From positions 162,304 to 226,303 of the IMG/VR virus record IMGVR_UViG_3300042319_002138: 64,000 bases of DNA. One strand, written 5' to 3'. Below the pieces are notes generated by a model, which saw only the letters and a list, made by a program, of their open reading frames with translations, ran no database searches and was not told the DNA's origin. Of this stretch, positions 37,939 through 46,202 are shown one piece after another. The translations under genes were made by a program, and so were the position numbers. Within the stretch, counting starts at the first letter, position 1. Each line of letters opens with the position of its first letter.

Positions 37939-38634
37939 ATGAAAAAATTAACCTTTATTAGTGACACACACACCAAACACGAGAAACTTAACGGTTTTCT
38001 TCCTGGTGGTGATATGTTAATCTGTGCTGGTGATATCACTAGTAGAGGTTATAAAACTGAAATTGAAAATTTTCTTAAGTGGTTTGATAAAATTGATAAC
38101 TATGACCACAAAATTTTCATAGCAGGTAATCACGACTTTGGTTTCCAAGACCAACCTAATGAAACTAAAGGTTTGTTAACTGGTTATAAAACAGTTGAAT
38201 ATTTACAAGACGAACTTTTATTGGTTGGTGATGAGGATTATGACGATATGGTTAAAGTTTGGGGTACTCCTTGGCAACCTGAATTTCATAATTGGGCATT
38301 TAACTTACCAAGAGGACAAGCTTTAAAAGAGAAGTGGGATATGATAACAGTTGGTACTGACATTCTTATCACTCACGGACCACCATTTGGCAAATTGGAT
38401 TACGTAAAATACCCAAATCAAAATGTTGGTTGTGAAGAACTAATGAAACGAGTTGAAGTAATCAAACCAAAAATTCACGTATTTGGACACATCCACGAAG
38501 GTTATGGTTATGTGTTTGATGGAAATACTCACTACATTAACGCAGCTGTGTTAAATGGACGATATGAGTTCCGCAATAAACCTGTGAATGTTTTATGGGA
38601 TAAAAACACAAATCATTTGGAATTTGTTGATTAA
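37939..38634 (+). CDS. Calcineurin-like metallophosphoesterase
   Basis: 'SDTH', 'AGD', 'AGNHD', 'THGPP', 'FGHIH'. Confidence 0.92.
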   Translation: MKKLTFISDTHTKHEKLNGFLPGGDMLICAGDITSRGYKTEIENFLKWFDKIDNYDHKIFIAGNHDFGFQDQPNETKGLLTGYKTVEYLQDELLLVGDEDYDDMVKVWGTPWQPEFHNWAFNLPRGQALKEKWDMITVGTDILITHGPPFGKLDYVKYPNQNVGCEELMKRVEVIKPKIHVFGHIHEGYGYVFDGNTHYINAAVLNGRYEFRNKPVNVLWDKNTNHLEFVD

Positions 38635-38651
38635 TAGGTTATCTTTGTGGT

Positions 38652-39113
38652 ATGAATAAAGTAAAAATATATTTGGATGACATAAGAACTCCTAATGACA
38701 AAGATTGGTTGGTTGTTAGGAGTTTTTATGAATTTGTAGACTTAATAAATAAAGTTGGTTTGAATAACATCGAATTAATTTCATTAGACCATGACTTGGG
38801 TGATACTGCTATGAATGAGTATTATAACAATGTTTCACCTAACTACAAATTAGATTATGAGAACATAGAAGAAAAAACTGGTTACGACGCGGTTAAATGG
38901 TTAGTTAATTTGTTTTATTCTTTGAATGAACATAGAATCAACATGAGTAGGTCTGAGAAAAAAAGGGATAAAAATTTTTATTTCCCTAAAGTTGTGGTTC
39001 ATTCAGCTAACCCAATAGGTTCAGCTAATATCATGGGTTATATCAATAACTTTTTAATGAATGAAGGTAAATCACAAGATTGTATAAGAGTTAAAATTGA
39101 GTATTATGTATGA
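38652..39113 (+). CDS. Cyclic-phosphate processing receiver-like domain protein
   Basis: 'IYLDDIRTP', 'ISLDHDLG', 'TGYD', 'VHSANPIG'. Confidence 0.8.
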   Translation: MNKVKIYLDDIRTPNDKDWLVVRSFYEFVDLINKVGLNNIELISLDHDLGDTAMNEYYNNVSPNYKLDYENIEEKTGYDAVKWLVNLFYSLNEHRINMSRSEKKRDKNFYFPKVVVHSANPIGSANIMGYINNFLMNEGKSQDCIRVKIEYYV

Positions 39114-39233
39114 TACTGAGGGACCAGAATTAACAAAACAACAAAAAAAAGATATTAAAAAAGTTGTTGACCGTTATCTTAGAATTAGATTCAAGAGAAG
39201 GGTTAGATTATTAATAGGATTAAAATTAAAATA

Positions 39234-39623
39234 ATGAAAGTTTCATTTGATTTTGATGGTACGCTTTCTCTTAAGAGTGTCCAAGAATACGCCAAAGATT
39301 TGGTGAGTAGGGGTTTAGATGTCCACATTGTTACTAGTAGACATAGTGATAAAGCAGCCAAAGAAGCTGGTTGGTGGTGGATATTGGACCAAAATAAAAA
39401 TCTATTTAATGTTGCTCAAGAATGTGGTATTGATGAAAAAAATATTACCTTCACAAACGGAAGGGACAAGATAGAATATTTGAAAGGTAAAGACTTCAAA
39501 TTTCATTTGGACGATGACGAAATTGAATTAATGTTAATTTTTGAATCTGATGAAAAGTGTATGCCTTTGAACGTTGGTCATAGTGATTGGCGTGATAATT
39601 GTGAAACAGAAATTAAAAGTTAA
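39234..39623 (+). CDS. HAD-superfamily phosphatase
   Basis: 'SFDFDGTL', 'VTSR', 'K...HLDDD'. Confidence 0.8.
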   Translation: MKVSFDFDGTLSLKSVQEYAKDLVSRGLDVHIVTSRHSDKAAKEAGWWWILDQNKNLFNVAQECGIDEKNITFTNGRDKIEYLKGKDFKFHLDDDEIELMLIFESDEKCMPLNVGHSDWRDNCETEIKS

Positions 39624-39624
39624 T

Positions 39625-40200
39625 ATGAAAGTAATTTTTCTTGATAATGATGGTGTAATCTGTTTGGCAGATAATTGGGGTAGTAGAATGAAAAAATTTA
39701 AAAAATATCATTCTAAAAATCCTGATGTTAAATTTGATGATAGACCAATTGATTGTAGATTAGATAACTTTGATGTGAAAGCAATTAAAGTTTTAAATAC
39801 CATCCTTGAACAAACAGGAGCTGAGATTGTGGTATCTTCTGATTGGAGATACCAAGCTTCTCTTGAGGAACTTGGGGACTACTATCAAAGTCAAGGAATT
39901 ATCAAAAGACCTATTGGGGTTACTGACATGTTTAAAGATATCTACCCAAGAGAATGGCAAAGATTGAGAAACTACGCCAAACTTGAGTATGAGAGACAAG
40001 CAGAAATCAAACATTGGTTATCGCAACATCCTGAAGTAACTCATTGGGTTGCAGTTGATGATTTAGATATGTCAGAAAAGTTTGGGTCAATCTCTGGTAA
40101 TCCTAATAGTGGGTTAACTAACTTTGTCCTAACACCAAAATCAACACAGGGAATTAAACAATCAGGGATTAAAGAAAAAATCTTAAAATTTTTAATGTAA
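39625..40200 (+). CDS. HAD domain protein (RNA-repair Swiss-army-knife type)
   Basis: 'IFLDNDGV', 'IVVSSDWR', 'WVAVDD'. Confidence 0.8.
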   Translation: MKVIFLDNDGVICLADNWGSRMKKFKKYHSKNPDVKFDDRPIDCRLDNFDVKAIKVLNTILEQTGAEIVVSSDWRYQASLEELGDYYQSQGIIKRPIGVTDMFKDIYPREWQRLRNYAKLEYERQAEIKHWLSQHPEVTHWVAVDDLDMSEKFGSISGNPNSGLTNFVLTPKSTQGIKQSGIKEKILKFLM

Positions 40201-40201
40201 T

Positions 40202-40489
40202 ATGGCTAGATTAAGTAGAGAAGAAAAAATGAACAAAGCTGTTGTCGACATTATTAATGAAATGTTTAAGATAGCAGGTCATGAGGTAACTTATGACGAT
40301 ATCAAGGACCGTAAGGATAATTGGTACGCCCAATGGACCATGACTGAAGCTCAATACGACGAATGGAAAAAATGGGGTAAAAAATATCTCCAAAAGAACC
40401 TTCGTATGTATGCAAAACAAGCAGAAAAAGAAATGTTATGGGTAGGTATGATGTGGGGATTAAAATTTTCTGACCTACAACTTGGTTAA
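40202..40489 (+). CDS. Hypothetical protein
   Basis: ORF. Confidence 0.6.
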   Translation: MARLSREEKMNKAVVDIINEMFKIAGHEVTYDDIKDRKDNWYAQWTMTEAQYDEWKKWGKKYLQKNLRMYAKQAEKEMLWVGMMWGLKFSDLQLG

Positions 40490-40542
40490 TTAGTGTTTTT
40501 ATTTCTTTTATAGGATATTTATAATTAACAAATTAATTAGTT

Positions 40543-41163
40543 ATGAGTAGAAATATTAATAGAAGTACTTCAGCTATTGTTGATGAAATTCTTAGAAAGA
40601 GTAGAATTCGTGAACAAGAAGAGGAAGAAGAAAACAAAGATACTGAAGAAAAGAAAACTGAAACAAAAGGTGAACCTGAACTTTATAAATTAAGTAGTAA
40701 GGTTATAGAAATTCTTAATAATAGAATTAAAGATGAGTATACAGCTCATTACTATTATAGAGCGGCTACTAACTGGTGTCAGGATATGAATTATAAGAAA
40801 GCTGCTGAGTTCTTTAAAAATGAGGCTGACGATGAGTTAGAACACGCTCAAAAACTACAAGAGTATATGACAGGTTTTAATATTTTACCTGAAATAGAAA
40901 AAACAGAAACAAAACACACTTTTGGTAATTTACTTGATGTTGTTTATGGAGCTTACACTATGGAGTTGGCTTTAATGAAAGATTATAATAAAGATTCTCA
41001 GGATGTTTTTTCTGATGATATCACAACATTTGATTTTTTAACTGAATTTAGAGAAATCCAAAAAGGAGCTGTAATTGAATACAATGATTTGATTAACGCA
41101 TCCAATTTGATTGATAAAGGGGATAAATTCCAAATACTTTATTTTGAACAAACTTATTTTTAA
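40543..41163 (+). CDS. Ferritin-like protein with N-terminal extension
   Basis: 'LNNRIKDEYTAHYYY', 'EADDELEHAQK', 'EIQKGAVIE'. Confidence 0.82.
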   Translation: MSRNINRSTSAIVDEILRKSRIREQEEEEENKDTEEKKTETKGEPELYKLSSKVIEILNNRIKDEYTAHYYYRAATNWCQDMNYKKAAEFFKNEADDELEHAQKLQEYMTGFNILPEIEKTETKHTFGNLLDVVYGAYTMELALMKDYNKDSQDVFSDDITTFDFLTEFREIQKGAVIEYNDLINASNLIDKGDKFQILYFEQTYF

Positions 41164-41258
41164 GTAATTGTATCATCGAATAAGGACCCCTTTCAGAAAT
41201 GTTAGGGGTTTTTTGTTTTTATATTGTTTAATTAAAAAAATAACTATATATTTGTGTT

Positions 41259-41450
41259 ATGGAATATTTTAAATTGTTTTTAATGTGGTTAGCATTTATT
41301 GTTATCACAACTTATTACGGGGATTACCTTGTAAGTAGAGAAGTAAACGGGTTCATCCAACTTTTAGGTTTCGTTGGAATGGTTGCACTCGTAGGATTAG
41401 TAGGAAACGAAACCATCAAAGTTTTAAATAATAAAAAAGAAGAAAAATGA
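41259..41450 (+). CDS. Small two-TM protein
   Basis: Hydrophobic helices; TATATTTG promoter. Confidence 0.6.
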   Translation: MEYFKLFLMWLAFIVITTYYGDYLVSREVNGFIQLLGFVGMVALVGLVGNETIKVLNNKKEEK

Positions 41451-42397
41451 TTAGTACAGTAATTTTTGTAGTATGTTTAATTGCGGTTATCCTTACCGTT
41501 CTAAAAACAAGAGGTAGTATGTTTACGGTAACCCAAAACCATTACGGTCATGATAGTAAACGATTCAACCCATCTTGGCTCATTAAACCGATTGGTATTT
41601 TTGTTGTAGGTATCGTTATTTCAATGACCCAACCGTTTGCGATTGAAAAAGTTGACGCAGGTCACAAAGGATTAAAGATTAATTTGGTCGGAGACCAACG
41701 AGGTGTATCAAGTTATCAGTATAAAACTGGTTGGGTACTTTATAACACTTGGACAGAACAAGTATTGGAGTTTCCAACATACCAACAACACATTGAGTAT
41801 GAAGACCAAGGTGTAATCCTTAAAGGTGGATTCTCAGCAACCATTAAACCAACATTTAACTATTCTCTACGTGAGGATGCTATTGGTGATATGTTTGTTA
41901 ATTTAAGATTATCTATTAGTGAAATTGAAAAGGGTTGGTTGAAAAACGCTATTATTGGGGCAGTAAATGACGTAGCTAACACATGGGAGGTAGATAGTAT
42001 TTTTAATCACCGACAAGCATTTGAATCAGCAATTGTTGCAGAATGTAATGTTAGGTTATCTAAATGGTTTAACGTATCTCAGTTGAGAACTAATATCACA
42101 CCACCTGAGGCATTACAAGAGTCAATTATCGCTAAAACAAAGGCTATCCAACAAGCTGAAGCCTCTGAACAACAAGCTATCGCAGCAATCTCTGAAGGAA
42201 GACGTAAAGTAGCCGTAGCAAGAGCGGATTCTGCTGAAACTATAATCAACGCAAATGCGTCAGCACTTTCAATTAAGATTAAACAAACTCAATTAACACC
42301 TATGTATATTGAGTACTTAAAGGCGTCTGCTTGGGATGGAAAATTACCAACAACGGTAGCAGGTGGTTCAGGATTGTTTTTAAACCTAAACAAATAA
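41447..42397 (+). CDS. SPFH/band-7 (prohibitin-like) membrane protein
   Basis: TM anchor, 'VDAGHKG', 'NITPPEALQESIIAK', 'WDGKLP'. Confidence 0.88.
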   Translation: MISTVIFVVCLIAVILTVLKTRGSMFTVTQNHYGHDSKRFNPSWLIKPIGIFVVGIVISMTQPFAIEKVDAGHKGLKINLVGDQRGVSSYQYKTGWVLYNTWTEQVLEFPTYQQHIEYEDQGVILKGGFSATIKPTFNYSLREDAIGDMFVNLRLSISEIEKGWLKNAIIGAVNDVANTWEVDSIFNHRQAFESAIVAECNVRLSKWFNVSQLRTNITPPEALQESIIAKTKAIQQAEASEQQAIAAISEGRRKVAVARADSAETIINANASALSIKIKQTQLTPMYIEYLKASAWDGKLPTTVAGGSGLFLNLNK

Positions 42398-42666
42398 TGA
42401 AGAATGGATTTATTGGGATGGTGACAGTACTTGTTACCATCCTATTTCTAACAGGATGTGGTTGTAGTGACGAAGAATATTACAAACAAAAGTTTAAATT
42501 CAAAAACGGTGATTTTGTAACACATAAGGTTAGTGGTAGTAAAATTTTAATTATTGATACACTAAGATTTAATAATGATTGTGGGTGTGAAGTTGAGTTA
42601 GAATATCTTGGAGTAAACTCAAAAGAACTTAATGAACGTTATAAAGAAATTGAATTAACTAAATAA
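42397..42666 (+). CDS. Putative lipoprotein
   Basis: Lipobox-like 'LFLTGC'. Confidence 0.55.
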   Translation: MKNGFIGMVTVLVTILFLTGCGCSDEEYYKQKFKFKNGDFVTHKVSGSKILIIDTLRFNNDCGCEVELEYLGVNSKELNERYKEIELTK

Positions 42667-42684
42667 ATTTATTATATTTGTGTT

Positions 42685-42924
42685 ATGGAAAAAAGAAGCA
42701 CACATTACGGAGACGTATCAAAATGGATTGAAAAGGTAATTGATTCTTGCGAGACATACCAACAGACATTTACTGTTAAAAAATTGATTAGTAATTTTGC
42801 AAAACAATTAAGAAATAGTGCCCCTGATAAATATTGGAACAGTTATCAATACACAGTTATTTGGCCACTTGAACATAAATTAAAATATAAAAGACAATCA
42901 TTCATAGATAAGATTGGGGAATAA
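42685..42924 (+). CDS. Hypothetical protein
   Basis: TATATTTG promoter upstream. Confidence 0.6.
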   Translation: MEKRSTHYGDVSKWIEKVIDSCETYQQTFTVKKLISNFAKQLRNSAPDKYWNSYQYTVIWPLEHKLKYKRQSFIDKIGE

Positions 42925-43082
42925 TGGGGAATAATGAAATTGAACTAGAAAAAAATTATCTACCCGAATTTATTGACCAATTTGGTGATGGTCCTCTCGG
43001 TGAATTAGACCCTGAAGAATGGGGAGCATTAGAGTTTCTCAGATGGTTAGAAATTAATAATTATAAAATTATAAAAAAATAA
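42924..43082 (+). CDS. Small hypothetical protein (52 aa)
   Basis: ATG overlaps upstream stop; not in the ORF track. Confidence 0.5.
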   Translation: MGNNEIELEKNYLPEFIDQFGDGPLGELDPEEWGALEFLRWLEINNYKIIKK

Positions 43083-43089
43083 TAAATTT

Positions 43090-43236
43090 ATGGAAAATAT
43101 GAAAAGAGTTGATTGGTTTTTGTTAATAATATTTGTAGCAAACTTATGTGCTAGCATTCCATTAGGGTCTTTACCAAACATTCTTGGTTGGTCTTGTGCG
43201 GCAATGGTACAATTAAGAATTTGTTTAACCAAATAA
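43090..43236 (+). CDS. Small membrane protein (48 aa)
   Basis: MENMKRVDWFLLIIFVANLC...; not in the ORF track. Confidence 0.45.
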   Translation: MENMKRVDWFLLIIFVANLCASIPLGSLPNILGWSCAAMVQLRICLTK

Positions 43237-43306
43237 TATAAAAGGTAATAATTGTTAATTACAAAATTTGACTTTTTAAGAAATACAACTATATTTATAA
43301 TATAAA

Positions 43307-43375
43307 ATGAAAAATACGAACATCATATCATTATTAGAAAGATTAGAGAGATTTAGTCTAATGGAGATGGTATGA
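43307..43375 (+). CDS. Leader peptide 3 (22 aa, MKNTNIISLLERLERFSLMEMV)
   Basis: Core codons TTA TTA GAA AGA TTA GAG AGA match downstream Leu(UAA), Glu(UUC) and Arg(UCU). Confidence 0.78.
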   Translation: MKNTNIISLLERLERFSLMEMV

Positions 43376-43396
43376 TTATTTTTTAAATAATATTTT

Positions 43397-43432
43397 AAAA
43401 CCCGTCTCTTAAAACAGATGGGTTTTTTTTTT
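43397..43432 (+). terminator. Attenuator terminator of tRNA cluster 3
   Basis: AAAACCCGTCT-cttaaaac-AGATGGGTTTT plus T-tract. Confidence 0.8.
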
Positions 43433-43486
43433 GAAAAAGATTTGGTAGATTAAAAAAGATTACTTACATTTGTAAGACAAACAACG

Positions 43487-43915
43487 GGGGTAGGAAGTTA
43501 GAGATGAGTGTCCTACTCCCGTGACAAAAAGAAAAAGTTCTTTGACATATTAAAACGGGGACAAGGTAACCACAAACCCACTGGTAATAGGCAGTTCTTG
43601 AGATGGAATGCAAGACAGAACGTAACCCCTACCTTGTTCTTTTTTAAAATATATTGTGGTGGTAAGAAAAGGTGAACTCGTTAAGTTCATAGGCCTGTTG
43701 ACAAAAGATGGTGAAACGAGTGTGGTTGTCGACTACTGCATCACATATATAATACATTGTGTTGTTCCCTTGAGAAAGGAATCAAGAATAAGAGTGGACA
43801 GACTTTAAGCACTACAACACAGAGGACTCAACCTCAAAGAACCTGTACCCTTGAAAAACTCGTTTAAGTAAAGCAGGTTTGCTCCGAAATAAAAGGGTAT
43901 GAGAATAAGGAGTAT
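43487..43915 (+). ncRNA. Tandem array of candidate structured small RNAs
   Basis: Consecutive closed stems: GGGGGTAGGA/TCCTACTCCC, ACAAGGTA/TACCTTGT, TGTGGTG/CATCACA, TGTGTTGT/ACAACACA, and a pseudoknot-like AACCTG/CAGGTT with TACCCTT/AAGGGTA. Confidence 0.55.
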
Positions 43916-43917
43916 TT

Positions 43918-44000
43918 GCTCGGGTGGTGAAATAGGTATACACGTTTGACTTAAAATCAAATTCCCATTGGGAGTGAGGGTTCAAGTCCCTCTCCGAGTA
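43918..44000 (+). tRNA. tRNA-Leu(UAA)
   Basis: TTTGA-CTTAAAA-TCAAA, long variable arm. Confidence 0.92.
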
Positions 44001-44061
44001 CTGTGAAATGAACAACGTCACCACAAGAGTTGTACCTTTATGGTTTTATAATGTGGTATTT

Positions 44062-44133
44062 GGTCCTATCGACTATCGGTTAGGTCGTCAGGTTTTCATC
44101 CTGGAAAGCGGGGTTCGATTCCCCGTAGGACTA
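44062..44133 (+). tRNA. tRNA-Glu(UUC)
   Basis: Loop TTTTCAT. Confidence 0.92.
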
Positions 44134-44216
44134 CAAAAGAGGTGGATACTTTGTACGTAGATAATTTAGTAATATCTTGTCGTAGTGCACCGTTGACGAA
44201 ACCTCTTTTATTTTTG

Positions 44217-44289
44217 GGTCCCGTAGTGTAATGGATTAACATAAGGAGCTTCTACCTCTTTGATTCAGGTTCGAATCCTGACGGGACTA
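44217..44289 (+). tRNA. tRNA-Arg(UCU)
   Basis: Loop CTTCTAC. Confidence 0.9.
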
Positions 44290-44356
44290 CTAAAAAAATA
44301 TTAACTACTAGGTTCGATTTTTAATAAACCTTAAATATTTATTAATAAAATATATT

Positions 44357-44962
44357 ATGAATTTTGAGGAAAAATATAATAAAGAAGAACTTGAGAAGTT
44401 AATTTTTGTTGAGAGTAAGAGTTATCGTGAAATTGGTAAAATTTATGGTGTTAGTGACGCATACATAAAAAAAGTGTGTGGCAGATTAGGGATTAAACTT
44501 AGAAAAAGAAAAAATTTTCCTGAAAATTTTATACCACACAATAAAGGTATGGGTAAAAAAGTTATATGTAAAAATTGTGGTAAAGAAACAAAAAGTTCAC
44601 ACGATAAACAAATATATTGTTCATTTGATTGTAATGTGGAACATAAAAATAAAAATAAATACAAAGATTACTTAGACAATCAAGAAAAATATTGTAATAC
44701 CACATCAGGTTTGCGATGGTTAAAAAAATATTTTTTAATAGACCAAGATAATAAGTGTAATATTTGTGGAATAGATAATTTTTGGAACGGTAAACCATTA
44801 GTTTTTGTTATGGACCATATAAACGGTGATGCTAGTAATAACAAAAGAGATAATCTAAGATTAATATGTCATAATTGTGATTCACAGTTAGACACATACA
44901 AATCTAAAAATAAGAATTCAGCAAGGAAAGAAAGATATTTGTTAAACTACAAAAATATTTAA
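44357..44962 (+). CDS. HNH homing endonuclease inside tRNA cluster 3
   Basis: 'KCNICG...VMDHINGDASNNKRDNLRLICHNCD'; N-terminal CxxC module. Confidence 0.9.
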   Translation: MNFEEKYNKEELEKLIFVESKSYREIGKIYGVSDAYIKKVCGRLGIKLRKRKNFPENFIPHNKGMGKKVICKNCGKETKSSHDKQIYCSFDCNVEHKNKNKYKDYLDNQEKYCNTTSGLRWLKKYFLIDQDNKCNICGIDNFWNGKPLVFVMDHINGDASNNKRDNLRLICHNCDSQLDTYKSKNKNSARKERYLLNYKNI

Positions 44963-45177
44963 AATAAACGAGAAAGAGATACTCGTAGGGTTTTTAAGTA
45001 TCCCTCAAAACTTAACGGAGCTGGTACCACCACGTCAAGGGGTACTCGTTGGGAATCGGAAGGAAGACTCTCCTATCCCCCAAGTAAGAGTTGACTTTTA
45101 AGTGGTAAGACACGTTGGGTTTTGAAATAGAAAAACTGTGAATATCTACTCACCATTAATCTCAGGTGGGGAAACAT

Positions 45178-45283
45178 AGTCAGGTGGCGGAATTGGTTAG
45201 ACGCTAAATTAACGAGTGGATAGTGTGCCATTGGGGAAGGGCCAAGAAAGTTACACATACAGGTTCAAGTCCTGTCCTGACTA
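45178..45283 (+). ncRNA. tRNA-like RNA (Leu-type D arm, T arm, acceptor AGTCAGG/CCTGACT) lacking a canonical anticodon arm
   Basis: TGGCGGAATTGGTTAGACGC ... ACAGGTTCAAGTCCTGT; the middle does not form a 5-bp stem with 7-nt loop. Confidence 0.7.
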
Positions 45284-45300
45284 CAAAAAAATAAAAAATT

Positions 45301-45549
45301 ATGGAAAATAAAGAAACATACCAAATGGTGAATTATGATGGTGATAGTTACGACAGTAAGATCCCTGTGGAATTAGTTGAGTCGTTCCTTAAAATGAAAG
45401 AACTAATGGAACAGGTGTCTAATGGGAAATATTATTGTACACCAAGTATGTATTATACAGATGAATTGGAAGGTGTTTCAGTAGGTATAGTTGAGGTTAA
45501 TGGTGACGGGACACATATTAAAACACCATTTAGTTTAATTATCAAATAA
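45301..45549 (+). CDS. Hypothetical protein
   Basis: ORF between the two tRNA-like RNAs. Confidence 0.55.
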   Translation: MENKETYQMVNYDGDSYDSKIPVELVESFLKMKELMEQVSNGKYYCTPSMYYTDELEGVSVGIVEVNGDGTHIKTPFSLIIK

Positions 45550-45554
45550 AAAAT

Positions 45555-45635
45555 AGTCAGGTGGCGAAATGGTGACGCCTAAATGAGACCCGTGGGGCGA
45601 AAAGACTCTCGTAGGTTCAAATCCTGTCCTGACTA
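45555..45635 (+). ncRNA. Second tRNA-like RNA with identical acceptor AGTCAGG/CCTGACT and no anticodon arm
   Basis: TGGCGAAATGGTGACGC ... GTAGGTTCAAATCCTGT. Confidence 0.7.
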
Positions 45636-45640
45636 ATTTA

Positions 45641-45714
45641 GGTCCTTTAGCTCAGTCGGTTAGAGCAACAGACTCATAATCTGTGGGTCCACGGTTCGAG
45701 CCCGTGAAGGACCA
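45641..45714 (+). tRNA. tRNA(CAU), probably Ile2 (lysidine type)
   Basis: ACAGA-CTCATAA-TCTGT; body resembles bacterial Ile2. Confidence 0.8.
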
Positions 45715-45797
45715 CAATCCCTTTGTATTGACAAGGGGATTTTTATTTTGATATTTAAAAATAATTCCTTATCTTTGTAGAAATAAAATAAGGGACT

Positions 45798-46199
45798 ATG
45801 ATTTTTGAGTATACACAACCAAAGGGAATTGAGGATATCAGATGTAATAAAGACTGTATGGTCAGGGCTGTAGCAAATATCACAAAAGAAAATTATTCTA
45901 AGGTTCATAAACTTATGTATGGTCATGGTTGGAGAGCCTCTAGAAAATCATCTAAAGGTAATTGGGAAGACCAAGTAACAAAGACTTTGGACGACTTGGG
46001 TGTTAAGTGGGAAAGAATTTCGTTCCCTGGAGTTAAGGGTCAAAAAAGAATGACAGCTAAGGAATTGGTGGAAATGGACCCTAACGGTAAATATATCATC
46101 AGAATTACCAAACATGTTGCCGCATTGGATGGTGGTAAGTTATTGGATACTTGGGATTGTTCTGATAAGTGTGTTTATTTTGTATGGAAAATTAAATAA
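45798..46199 (+). CDS. Hypothetical phage protein
   Basis: 'DCMVRAVA' and 'HVAALDGG..DTWDC' motifs; TATCTTTG promoter. Confidence 0.65.
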   Translation: MIFEYTQPKGIEDIRCNKDCMVRAVANITKENYSKVHKLMYGHGWRASRKSSKGNWEDQVTKTLDDLGVKWERISFPGVKGQKRMTAKELVEMDPNGKYIIRITKHVAALDGGKLLDTWDCSDKCVYFVWKIK

Positions 46200-46202
46200 G
46201 GT

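Noticed and set aside
44135-44208. Hammerhead ribozyme
   Set aside because: TGACGAAAC resembles the core, but stem II between CUGANGA and GAAA is missing
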